Shown here piece after piece: positions 52,777 to 61,290 of a DNA stretch of 64,000 nucleotides. This DNA is from Burkholderiales bacterium (GTDB taxonomy: Bacteria > Pseudomonadota > Gammaproteobacteria > Burkholderiales > SG8-41). Positions within the stretch are counted from its first letter, which is position 1. Each line of letters begins with the position of its first letter. The notes under the pieces were generated by a model, which saw only the letters and a program-made list of their open reading frames with translations, searched no databases and was not told the DNA's origin. Made by a program: the position numbers and the translations under genes. The DNA is taken from positions 6,720 to 70,719 of the forward strand of contig JAURHM010000004.1 in NCBI GenBank assembly GCA_030833315.1. The letters are read 5' to 3'.

Positions 52777-53946
52777 ATGATCAACAGCAAAACCACATTC
52801 ATGGGCTACCGCCGCGAGAACGGCCGCGTCGGTGTCCGCAACCACGTGCTGATCCTTCCCGTTGACGACCTGTCGAACGCGGCGGCTGAAGCAGTGGCCA
52901 ACAACATCAAGGGCGCGATTGCGATTCCGCACCCCTACGGCCGCCTGCAGTTCGGCGCTGACCTGGACCTGCACTTCCGCACGCTGATCGGCGCGGGCGC
53001 CAACCCCAACGTTGCCGCTGTTGTCGTCATCTGCATCGAAGAAGGCTGGGCGAAAAAAGTGGTCGACGGGATTGCCGCGACCGGCAAACCGGTCACCGGT
53101 TTCGGCATCGAGCTGCACGGCGACCATGACACCATCATGCGCGCCTCCAAAGTGGCCAAGGAATACGTGCAGTGGGCCTCGGAACTGCAGCGCGTTGAAT
53201 GTCCGATCAGCGATCTGTGGGTGTCGACCAAATGCGGCGAATCCGACACGACTTCCGGCTGCGGCGCCAACCCGACAGTCGGCAGCGCCTTCGACAAGAT
53301 GGAGCCGCTGGGTGTCACCATGTGCTTCGGCGAAACCACCGAAATCACCGGCGGCGAGAACATTGTTGCCGACCGCTGCGCGACGCCGCAGGTGCGTGAA
53401 GACTTCATGAAAATGTTCAATCGCTATCAGGAAGTCGTTGAACGTCACAAGACCAGCGATCTGTCCGATTCGCAGCCGACCAAGGGCAATATCGCCGGCG
53501 GCCTGACGACGATCGAGGAAAAAGCGCTGGGCAATATCCAGAAGATCGGCAAGAAGTGCAAGGTCATCGGTGTGCTCGACAAGGCCGAAACCCCGACCAA
53601 GCCCGGCCTGTGGTTCATGGATTCGTCCTCGGCCGCTGCGGAAATGGTCACCCTGTGCGCAGCTTCCGGCTACGTGGTGCATTTCTTCCCCACTGGCCAG
53701 GGCAACGTTATCGGCAATCCGATAATTCCCGTGATCAAGCTCTGCGCGAACCCGCGTACCGTGCGCACGATGAGCGAACATGTCGATTACGACTGCTCGG
53801 GCCTGCTGCAGCGCGAGAAGAACTTGGACCAGACCGGCGACGAGCTGATCGAAGTCATGCTGCGCACCTGCAACGGCCGTCTGACGGCTGCCGAAGCGCT
53901 GGGCCATCGCGAATTCGTGATGACCCGCCTGTACGAAAGCGCTTAA
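52777..53946 (+). CDS. UxaA-family dehydratase large subunit (altronate-dehydratase C-terminal type; SuyB-like)
   Basis: 389 aa with [30 protein letters not shown] and HFFPTGQGN patterns typical of the UxaA/GarD C-terminal domain. Confidence 0.78.
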   Translation: MINSKTTFMGYRRENGRVGVRNHVLILPVDDLSNAAAEAVANNIKGAIAIPHPYGRLQFGADLDLHFRTLIGAGANPNVAAVVVICIEEGWAKKVVDGIAATGKPVTGFGIELHGDHDTIMRASKVAKEYVQWASELQRVECPISDLWVSTKCGESDTTSGCGANPTVGSAFDKMEPLGVTMCFGETTEITGGENIVADRCATPQVREDFMKMFNRYQEVVERHKTSDLSDSQPTKGNIAGGLTTIEEKALGNIQKIGKKCKVIGVLDKAETPTKPGLWFMDSSSAAAEMVTLCAASGYVVHFFPTGQGNVIGNPIIPVIKLCANPRTVRTMSEHVDYDCSGLLQREKNLDQTGDELIEVMLRTCNGRLTAAEALGHREFVMTRLYESA

Positions 53947-54056
53947 ACCGACAGGCCGCCGGAGGTCCGTGACCGGGCTGTGATGCGAGGTTCTGCGTTG
54001 CGGCTGTTCACGGCTTCCGTGCGGCCTTTGTTTTTTATCAATGGAATAATCTGTCC

Positions 54057-55712
54057 ATGACCTCATTGCGCGGTGCCGACATTCTGGCGCAGTCGCTGGC
54101 TGCGGCCGGACTAACGCGGGTGTTCTCGCTGTCCGGTAATCACATCATGCCGGTTTATGACGCGGCGATTGAAGCCAAGCTGGTAATTACCCATGTCCGT
54201 TATGAAGGTGCTGCCGTACATATGGCGGATGCCTGGGCACGGCTCACTGGAGAGCCGGGCATTGTCATGCTCACCGGCGGTCCCGGGCATGCCAACGGCA
54301 TCGGTGCGCTGTATACCGCGCTGGCTTCGGAATCACCGCTGGTCCTGCTGTCGGGTCATGCGCCGCTCAATGAACTCGGCTGCGGTTCCTTCCAGGAAAT
54401 GCGCCAGGCGGATATTGCCGCGCCGCTAGTCAAGGCTTCATGGACGGCATCGAGCGCCGAATCGCTGGGCGCAGACATCGCCAAGGCCTGCCGCATCGCG
54501 CGGTCTGGCCGGCCGGGCCCGGTGCATCTGAGCCTGCCCTTTGACGTACTCGAAACCAAAGTTGCCGACGGCGAACGCGCGCTGGCCACCGCCGTACAGT
54601 TCGCACCGATGGAGCATGCGCTGGAAGGCAAAACAGCAGCTGCACTGGCGGCGCTGATGGCCTCAGCGGCGCGTCCACTGATTCTGCTGGGCCCTGTGAT
54701 GTCGCATGCGCCGGTCTCGGCGCTGGTGAAACAGCTCGCCGATGCCACCGGCGTGCCGGCGCTGTGCATGGAAAGCCCGCGTGGCGTCAACGATCCTTCA
54801 CTGGGCGCTTTTGCCAGTGTGCTGGCGAAGGCCGATATGGTAGTACTGCTTGGCAAGCAGCCTGATTTCACGCTGCGCTTCGGCAAGACACCAGCAGTAG
54901 CGGCGGACTGCAAGTTCGTGGTGATCGATCCCGAAAACGAAGTGCTGCAGCGTTCGGTGAAAAATCTCGGTGCTGCGCGTGTCGCGCTGTCGGCGCAGGC
55001 CGATTCGGTGGCGGCCGCACGTGCGCTGATCCAATGCGCGTCGCGCAAGGCCGAGCAGGGCTGGTTTGATGAAGTCGCTGCTGCGGTGGTAATGCGTCCC
55101 GCAGCCTGGCGCGACATCAACAGCGGCGATGCCGGTCCTGTTCACCCGGTTGAACTGGGTCGTGCCGTGCAGGAAGCGCTCAAGGGTGCAGCGGATGCGG
55201 TGTTTGTCGCTGACGGCGGTGAAATCGGCCAGTGGGCGCAGGCATGCATCAGTGCGCCGACCCGAATTATCAACGGTCCCGGCGGTTCCATCGGCAGCGG
55301 CGTGCCGTTTGCCTTTGCAGCACGTATGGCCCGCCCGAAAGCACCGGTTGTTGCGGTGATGGGCGATGGTGCTTTCGGCTTTCACCTGATGGAGTTTGAT
55401 ACCGCGGTGCGTTCCGGTGCGCCGATGGTAGTCGTGGTTGGCAACGATTCCTGCTGGAATGCCGAACACCAGATCCAGTTGCGCACTTACGGCAAGGAAC
55501 GCGCACACGGCTGCGAACTCGCCGGCGGCACGCGTTATGATCTGGCCGTTGCAGCACTGGGCGGTCACGGCGAACTGGTGACCCGTGTGGCGGAACTCAA
55601 GCCCGCGCTGCAGCGCGCCATGGCCAGCGGCAAACCCGCCTGCGTCAATGTGATGATCCAGTGCCTGCCCGCGCCGACGGTGACAGCGGCGACGACCGGC
55701 GGCGCACACTAA
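54057..55712 (+). CDS. thiamine-pyrophosphate-dependent enzyme (acetolactate-synthase/oxalyl-CoA-decarboxylase superfamily)
   Basis: N-terminal PYR domain with catalytic Glu (VRYEGAA). C-terminal TPP motif GDGAFGFHLMEFDTAVRSGAPMVVVVGNDSCWN. Confidence 0.85.
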   Translation: MTSLRGADILAQSLAAAGLTRVFSLSGNHIMPVYDAAIEAKLVITHVRYEGAAVHMADAWARLTGEPGIVMLTGGPGHANGIGALYTALASESPLVLLSGHAPLNELGCGSFQEMRQADIAAPLVKASWTASSAESLGADIAKACRIARSGRPGPVHLSLPFDVLETKVADGERALATAVQFAPMEHALEGKTAAALAALMASAARPLILLGPVMSHAPVSALVKQLADATGVPALCMESPRGVNDPSLGAFASVLAKADMVVLLGKQPDFTLRFGKTPAVAADCKFVVIDPENEVLQRSVKNLGAARVALSAQADSVAAARALIQCASRKAEQGWFDEVAAAVVMRPAAWRDINSGDAGPVHPVELGRAVQEALKGAADAVFVADGGEIGQWAQACISAPTRIINGPGGSIGSGVPFAFAARMARPKAPVVAVMGDGAFGFHLMEFDTAVRSGAPMVVVVGNDSCWNAEHQIQLRTYGKERAHGCELAGGTRYDLAVAALGGHGELVTRVAELKPALQRAMASGKPACVNVMIQCLPAPTVTAATTGGAH

Positions 55713-55736
55713 CAGTATTCTTACGGGAACCTGCGT

Positions 55737-56450
55737 ATGGAAAATCTTCAGGTCAGAATCTGGCGCGGCAAGGAGAACGGCGACTTCCAGGAATTCGAGG
55801 TGCCGCGGCAGGAAAGCCAGACAGTACTCGACGTCGTCACCTACGTGCAGCGCAAATGTGATCCGACGCTGTCCTATCGTTTCGCCTGCCGGGTCGGCGT
55901 CTGCGGTTCCTGCGCGATGACAGTCAACGGTGTCTCGCGCTGGACCTGCCGCACCCATGTCGACAAGGTTGCCGAGGACAACAAGGTTGAAATCGCGCCC
56001 TTGCGCAATCTGCCAGTGATCAAGGATCTGGTCACCGACATGAGCGAGTTTTTCGACAAGTGGGCCAAGGCGCGCGGACGCTTTGCCGGCAGCACCACGC
56101 GCAAGGCCGAATTTGCCCAGGTGTCTCCGGAATCGAAGGAACGCAAACGCGTAGATGCCGGCATCGAATGCATCGGCTGCGGCGTGTGTTACAGCGCCTG
56201 CGATGTGGTGACCTGGAATAAGGATTACCTCGGCCCTGCAGCGCTGAACCGCGCGTGGACGCTGATCAACGATGTGCGTGATACCGAGCGCGCCGAACGC
56301 CTCGCAGCGGTTGCTGGTGATGCCGGTTGCCACGCCTGCCACACCCATCTGAACTGTACCGAGCGTTGCCCCAAGGGGCTGTCGCCGACTGCCGGCATTG
56401 CCGGACTGAAGCGCGCCGTTCTGGCGGCGACCTTGTCGGGCGAAATATAA
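55737..56450 (+). CDS. succinate dehydrogenase/fumarate reductase-type iron-sulfur subunit
   Basis: 2Fe-2S cysteines (CRVGVCGSCAM...C), CIGCGVCYSAC (4Fe-4S), CHTHLNCTERCPKGL (3Fe-4S). Confidence 0.88.
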   Translation: MENLQVRIWRGKENGDFQEFEVPRQESQTVLDVVTYVQRKCDPTLSYRFACRVGVCGSCAMTVNGVSRWTCRTHVDKVAEDNKVEIAPLRNLPVIKDLVTDMSEFFDKWAKARGRFAGSTTRKAEFAQVSPESKERKRVDAGIECIGCGVCYSACDVVTWNKDYLGPAALNRAWTLINDVRDTERAERLAAVAGDAGCHACHTHLNCTERCPKGLSPTAGIAGLKRAVLAATLSGEI

Positions 56451-56513
56451 AATTCAAAATAATATGTTTAAAAAAAATAACTCATACATTTTTTTTGGAG
56501 GGGGTTGCGGCAC

Positions 56514-56864
56514 ATGAGTCGGCGAAGCGAAGTGCTGCTGTGGGGGGCGCAACGCATCAGTGCGATGCTGCTCGCGGTCTGCGTCATCGTGCATCTGGTG
56601 ACGATGATCTATGCGGTGCGCAGCGGTTTGAGCGGCGCGGAGATTCTCGGCCGTACGCAGGGCAATGTCGGCTGGTTGATGTTTTATGCCGTGTTTGTTG
56701 CCGCCGTGTCCATCCATGCGCCGATCGGCCTGCGCACCATCCTTGCTGAAACCCTCAACTGGCGCGGTCAGAGCGCCAATGTGTTTTCGGCAGTCGTTGG
56801 CCTAAGTCTGGCGATGTGGGGCCTGCGTGCAGTGATGGCAGTGTTCGGCGGCGGTCAGGTATGA
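56514..56864 (+). CDS. complex-II membrane anchor subunit, SdhD-like
   Basis: Three hydrophobic helices. VSIHAPIGLRTILAETL parallels E. coli SdhD ILIHAWIGMWQVLTDY. Start ambiguous (TTG 56505 or ATG 56514). Confidence 0.65.
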   Translation: MSRRSEVLLWGAQRISAMLLAVCVIVHLVTMIYAVRSGLSGAEILGRTQGNVGWLMFYAVFVAAVSIHAPIGLRTILAETLNWRGQSANVFSAVVGLSLAMWGLRAVMAVFGGGQV

Positions 56865-57208
56865 AGAACGACTTCCGCGCGCGCAATCATCCGGCGTACT
56901 GGGCCTTTATCGTGCATCGCACATCGGGCCTGCTGCTGACTTTTTTTCTGCCGCTGCATTTCTGGGCGCTGGGCCAGGCTTTCCACGGCGCGGCCGGACT
57001 GGACCGTTTTCTCGATTGGACGCAGAACCCGCTGGTGAAATTCGCCGAAACCGGTCTGGTGCTGCTGCTGTCCGCGCATATGGCCGGCGGCGCACGCCTG
57101 CTTATGATCGAATTTCTCGACTGGCGCGAATGGCAGAAAACGCTGCTCGCAGTCGCGGCGGGCGTTTCGCTAGTCGCCGTAATGGCTTTCCTGTTGAACC
57201 TGGTCTGA
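56861..57208 (+). CDS. complex-II membrane anchor/cytochrome b subunit, SdhC-like
   Basis: ATGA overlap with the preceding gene. IVHRTSGLL and AHMAGGARLLMIEF parallel E. coli SdhC ILHRVSGV and YHVVVGIRHLMMDF. Confidence 0.65.
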   Translation: MKNDFRARNHPAYWAFIVHRTSGLLLTFFLPLHFWALGQAFHGAAGLDRFLDWTQNPLVKFAETGLVLLLSAHMAGGARLLMIEFLDWREWQKTLLAVAAGVSLVAVMAFLLNLV

Positions 57209-57237
57209 TTGCGGCAAACCGCAAGGAGGAGGCGCAT

Positions 57238-58662
57238 ATGAAAAAGAACACCGCAAAAAAAAGCGCAACAAAAAAACCCAACATTCTGCTGATTTTGGTA
57301 GATGACCTGCGCTTCGACGAATTTGGTGCCGGCGGCCACCCATACATGAAGACGCCGCACATCGACCGTATCGCCCATGAGGGCGTGAAGTTTGATCGTG
57401 CCTTTCACACCACGTCGATCTGTTCGCCAAACCGTGCATCAATCCTCACGGGGCAATACGCCAGCCGCCACGGCATTATCGACAACGTTGCCCGCGATCT
57501 GGCGAGCCACCGCCTGCCGAACTATCACCTCGAGCTGCAGCGCCTCGGTTACGAGACGGCGCATATCGGCAAGTGGCATATGGGCAATGATGGCAAGCCA
57601 CGCCCCGGTTATGACTTCTGGGTCGCGTACGACGGCCACGGCAGTCTTTACGATCCGAAACTCAACGAGAACGGCAAATACGTCCAGCACAAGGGTTATG
57701 TCACCGACATCATGAATACGATGGCGGTTGACTGGATCAAGGGCCAAAGCCGGCGCAAGGGCAAGAATGCCGACAAACCCTGGTCATTGTGGTTTGCGCA
57801 CAAGGCGGTGCACCCGGATGCGGAGCAGGCGGCCGACGGCTCGTTCAGGATGGACGGTTACCGGCCCGCCAAACGCCATGAGCATCTGTACAAGGGCTGC
57901 GTGTTCCCGAAAAAGCCGAACATGCAGAAGCCCACCGAGTTTCTCAAGCACAAGCCGGTGTGGGCGGAAGCGGTGGAATTACGCAAGACGGAAGCGTCGA
58001 AAATCATGCATGACGCCATCCACTCCGGCAAACAGGAAGAGATCCGTCTGCGTGCGGCGATGATGGCCGCGGTGGACGAGGGCGTCGGCATGCTGTTCAA
58101 GACGCTGGAGGAAACCGGCGAGCTCGACAACACCGTCATCCTTTTCCTCGGCGACAACGGTTATTTTTTCGGCGAACACGGCCTCGGGCCGGAGCGTCGT
58201 TTCCCCTATGAAGAAGGCATCCGCGCCCCGCTGATCGTGCGCTGGCCGAAATCGATCAAGCCCGGTTCCGAAGTGCGTGACCTGGTGATCCTGCAGGACA
58301 TCGCGCCAACGCTGCTCGAAATCGCCGGCGGCAAACCCGGCAAGCATATACAGGGCCGTTCGCTGCTGCCGCTGATCCGCGGCAAACGCGCCGGCTGGCG
58401 CAAGTCCTTCCTGGTCGAATACTGGGCGGAGAACGCCTACCCCTGGCTGGTCGGCATGAGCTTCCGCGCCATCCGCACCGGTCGTTACAAATACATTCAC
58501 TGGGTGAATCGCGCGCGTAATGGCGAACTCGACGAGCTCTATGATCTGGAGAAGGATCCTTTTGAGCTGATCAATGTCGCGAAAAAGCCGGCTTACGCGG
58601 CGGTGCGTAAAAAAATGACCCGGGATTTACGCGGTCTCGCCGCGGATGCGCTGGGGCTGTAA
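57238..58662 (+). CDS. Cys-type sulfatase (formylglycine-dependent), no signal peptide
   Basis: ATG 57238 follows AAGGAGGAGG. ILLILVDDLRFD metal-binding start and active-site SICSPNRASILTG (C-x-P-x-R). N-terminus MKKNTAKKSATKKPN is Lys-rich and not hydrophobic. Confidence 0.85.
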   Translation: MKKNTAKKSATKKPNILLILVDDLRFDEFGAGGHPYMKTPHIDRIAHEGVKFDRAFHTTSICSPNRASILTGQYASRHGIIDNVARDLASHRLPNYHLELQRLGYETAHIGKWHMGNDGKPRPGYDFWVAYDGHGSLYDPKLNENGKYVQHKGYVTDIMNTMAVDWIKGQSRRKGKNADKPWSLWFAHKAVHPDAEQAADGSFRMDGYRPAKRHEHLYKGCVFPKKPNMQKPTEFLKHKPVWAEAVELRKTEASKIMHDAIHSGKQEEIRLRAAMMAAVDEGVGMLFKTLEETGELDNTVILFLGDNGYFFGEHGLGPERRFPYEEGIRAPLIVRWPKSIKPGSEVRDLVILQDIAPTLLEIAGGKPGKHIQGRSLLPLIRGKRAGWRKSFLVEYWAENAYPWLVGMSFRAIRTGRYKYIHWVNRARNGELDELYDLEKDPFELINVAKKPAYAAVRKKMTRDLRGLAADALGL

Positions 58663-58730
58663 GTCGGGTATCTTGATTTTCGGATTGCAGTACGGGTTAA
58701 AACTAAATGACGCCGGACCGTGAGGAGAAA

Positions 58731-59696
58731 ATGATGAACAAAGCAGGAATGATTGCCGCGGCATGCATGCTTGCCGCATCCACCGCGTTTGCCGCGGACG
58801 TATATCCGACCCGTCCGGTGCGCATCATCGTGCCTTTCGCGCCCGGCGGTGCCACCGACATCGTGGCGAGACTGGTGGCGCAGAAACTCAATGAAGGTTG
58901 GGGGCAGCCGGTGATTGTCGACAACCGCGCCGGCGCCGGCGGCAATATCGGCGGCGACATTGCCGCCAAATCGAATCCCGACGGTTACACGCTGTTCATG
59001 ACTTCCGGTTCCATTGTCACGGCCAACCAGCATATGTACGCCAAGATGCCGTTCAGCCCCGAGAAGGATCTGGTGGCCGTCACCAATGTCGCCAGCGGCC
59101 CGCAGGCGATTGTCGTCAATCCGAGCAATCCGGCGAAAACGCTGAAGGAATTTATTGCGATGGCCAAGGCCAAGCCGAAGTCGATGACCTTCGGTTCGGC
59201 CGGTGTCGGCACCCAGACCCACCTGGCTGCCGAGAACTTTATTTACACCTCAGGCATTGATGTGACTCATGTGCCGTACAAAGGCGAAGGCCCGGCAGTC
59301 AGCGACCTGGTCGGCGGCCAGATCCAGTTCGTCACGCCCAACCTCTCGGCGGCGATTGCTTTCGTCAATACCGGCAAGCTGCGTGCACTGGCAGTGACCA
59401 GCAAGGAACGTTCGGCGCAACTGCCCAATGTGCCGGCAGTCGCCGAAACCCTGCCCGGTTTTGAAAATCTCGGCTGGTTCGGCTTCATGGTACCGACCGG
59501 AACGCCGAAGGCGGTGATCGCCAAGGTGCATGCCGATACCGTGAAGGCCCTGGCCGGCGCGGATCTGCGCAAACGCATCACCGAAATAGGCATGACCACC
59601 GTCGGCAACACGCCTGAGGAATTCAGCAAGGATATCAAGACGGAGTCCGGGCGCTGGGCGAAAATCATCAAGGAACGCAATCTGCAAGTGAAGTAA
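58731..59696 (+). CDS. tripartite tricarboxylate transporter substrate-binding protein (Bug/TctC family)
   Basis: ATG 58731 follows GAGGAG. Signal peptide ...STAFA|AD, then YPTRPVRIIVPFAPGGATDIVAR, the family hallmark. Confidence 0.88.
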   Translation: MMNKAGMIAAACMLAASTAFAADVYPTRPVRIIVPFAPGGATDIVARLVAQKLNEGWGQPVIVDNRAGAGGNIGGDIAAKSNPDGYTLFMTSGSIVTANQHMYAKMPFSPEKDLVAVTNVASGPQAIVVNPSNPAKTLKEFIAMAKAKPKSMTFGSAGVGTQTHLAAENFIYTSGIDVTHVPYKGEGPAVSDLVGGQIQFVTPNLSAAIAFVNTGKLRALAVTSKERSAQLPNVPAVAETLPGFENLGWFGFMVPTGTPKAVIAKVHADTVKALAGADLRKRITEIGMTTVGNTPEEFSKDIKTESGRWAKIIKERNLQVK

Positions 59697-59781
59697 CAAC
59701 GCAACAGTCACGGCAGCCGGCCTGCGCGGACGCAACGTCCCGCAGCGGCTTCCGGGTTTTAATTCCAGTGAAGGTGCATTC

Positions 59782-60657
59782 GTGAAGGTTGATCTCAAGC
59801 AGGTAGAAGAGGCGAGCAAGGAGTTGTATATCCGTGCGCTGAAGATGTTGCCGCCGGATATCAAGGCGGGTTTCCAGCGACTGGACAAGGCCGAGACCAA
59901 TGCCACCGGCAAGGCGATTCTCGGCACCATGATCCGCAACATTACCGTTGCCGAAGACAACACCAATCTGCTGTGTCAGGACACCGGCATCCCGATCTAT
60001 AACGTGGTGATCGGCAGCGGCATCGAGATGGACGGTCATGCGCTGAAGCAAGCGATTGTCAGCGGCTGCACCCGTGCGACCCAGGAACATCCGCTGCGTT
60101 CCTCCGTAGTGCATCCGACCACCCGCAAGAATCTGCATACATCCGGTGGCCGTCATGTGCCGGTGATCAATATCGATTTTTCGGCACAGGCTGACACGCT
60201 TTCGATCGAAATGATTCCCAAGGGCTCGGGTTCGGAAAACAACTCCTGGCTGAAAATGGCGATCCCCGCCGACGGCATCGATGCAATCAAGACCTTTGTC
60301 ATCGATTGCGTGCTTGAAGCCGGCGGCAAGAGCTGTCCACCGGTTATTGTCGGCGTCGGCGTCGGCGGTACGGCTGACCTTTGCGTGCACCTGTCGAAAG
60401 TGGCGGCGACACGGCCGCTGGGCAGTCAATGTGATGACCCCGAGGGCGCGAAGCTCGAGGCCGAGTTGAGTGCCGTGGTCAACAAGCTGGGCGTCGGCGC
60501 CCAGGGCCTCGGCGGTGATTCCACCGCGTTTGCGGTGCATGTCGAGACCGCAGCTACCCACATCACGATGAATCCCGTTGCCGTGAATATGCAGTGCCAT
60601 TCGGCGCGGCGCGCGCGGGCGACCTTCACGCCGCAAGGCCTCAGTTACGGTTACTGA
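59782..60657 (+). CDS. Fe-S-type hydro-lyase alpha subunit (class I fumarate hydratase / L(+)-tartrate dehydratase TtdA-like)
   Basis: LCQDTGIPIY, PKGSGSENNS, SCPPVIVGVGVGGT. GTG start. Confidence 0.85.
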   Translation: MKVDLKQVEEASKELYIRALKMLPPDIKAGFQRLDKAETNATGKAILGTMIRNITVAEDNTNLLCQDTGIPIYNVVIGSGIEMDGHALKQAIVSGCTRATQEHPLRSSVVHPTTRKNLHTSGGRHVPVINIDFSAQADTLSIEMIPKGSGSENNSWLKMAIPADGIDAIKTFVIDCVLEAGGKSCPPVIVGVGVGGTADLCVHLSKVAATRPLGSQCDDPEGAKLEAELSAVVNKLGVGAQGLGGDSTAFAVHVETAATHITMNPVAVNMQCHSARRARATFTPQGLSYGY

Positions 60658-60672
60658 CCGACGGATACAGAC

Positions 60673-61284
60673 ATGGCGCATTACGAACTCAATATGCCGG
60701 TGACGGAAGAGCAGGTCCGCAAGCTGCGCATCAACGACACCGTCACCCTGCACCAGACGCTGTACGGCATCCGCGATGCCACGCAGATTCACATGTTCGA
60801 TCACAACCGCAAGACGCGTTTCGACATGCGCGGCCATGCGGTGGTGCATACCGCCCCCAACGTCAAATGGGTGGGCGAAACCCAGGCGCATCCCTCAGGG
60901 TATGCACCGATCTGCATCGGCACCACCACCAGCGCCCGGATGGAACGTTTCACCCGGCCGCTGATGGAGCAGTACGGCGTGCGCATCATCATCGGCAAGG
61001 GCGGGCTGTTTGCGTCCTCGGCCAAGGCCTTCGCCGATCTCGGCGGCGTTTATCTGGCGATCATCGGCGGCACGGCCGCGCTGGAAACGACCTGGATTGA
61101 GCAGATCGAAGAGGTCGATCTCGATGACCTCAATCCCGAATCGCTGTGGAAATTCCGCATCAAGGGTTTCGGCCCGCTGCTGGTCGCGATGGATTCCCAT
61201 GGCGGCAGTCTTTATACCGCGGTCAATGCCGCCGCCAAGGACCAGCGCGCCGGCGTACTGGCCGCGCTTGGCGTCAAAAGCTAG
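60673..61284 (+). CDS. Fe-S-type hydro-lyase beta subunit (fumarase C-terminal domain / TtdB-like)
   Basis: TLYGIRDATQ, GTTTSARME, IIGKGGL. Confidence 0.85.
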   Translation: MAHYELNMPVTEEQVRKLRINDTVTLHQTLYGIRDATQIHMFDHNRKTRFDMRGHAVVHTAPNVKWVGETQAHPSGYAPICIGTTTSARMERFTRPLMEQYGVRIIIGKGGLFASSAKAFADLGGVYLAIIGGTAALETTWIEQIEEVDLDDLNPESLWKFRIKGFGPLLVAMDSHGGSLYTAVNAAAKDQRAGVLAALGVKS

Positions 61285-61290
61285 TCATTT

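Noticed and set aside
54798-56348. 516-aa minus-strand ORF
   Set aside because: Antisense to the TPP enzyme and the Fe-S subunit genes, both of which show complete cofactor motifs. A shadow ORF.
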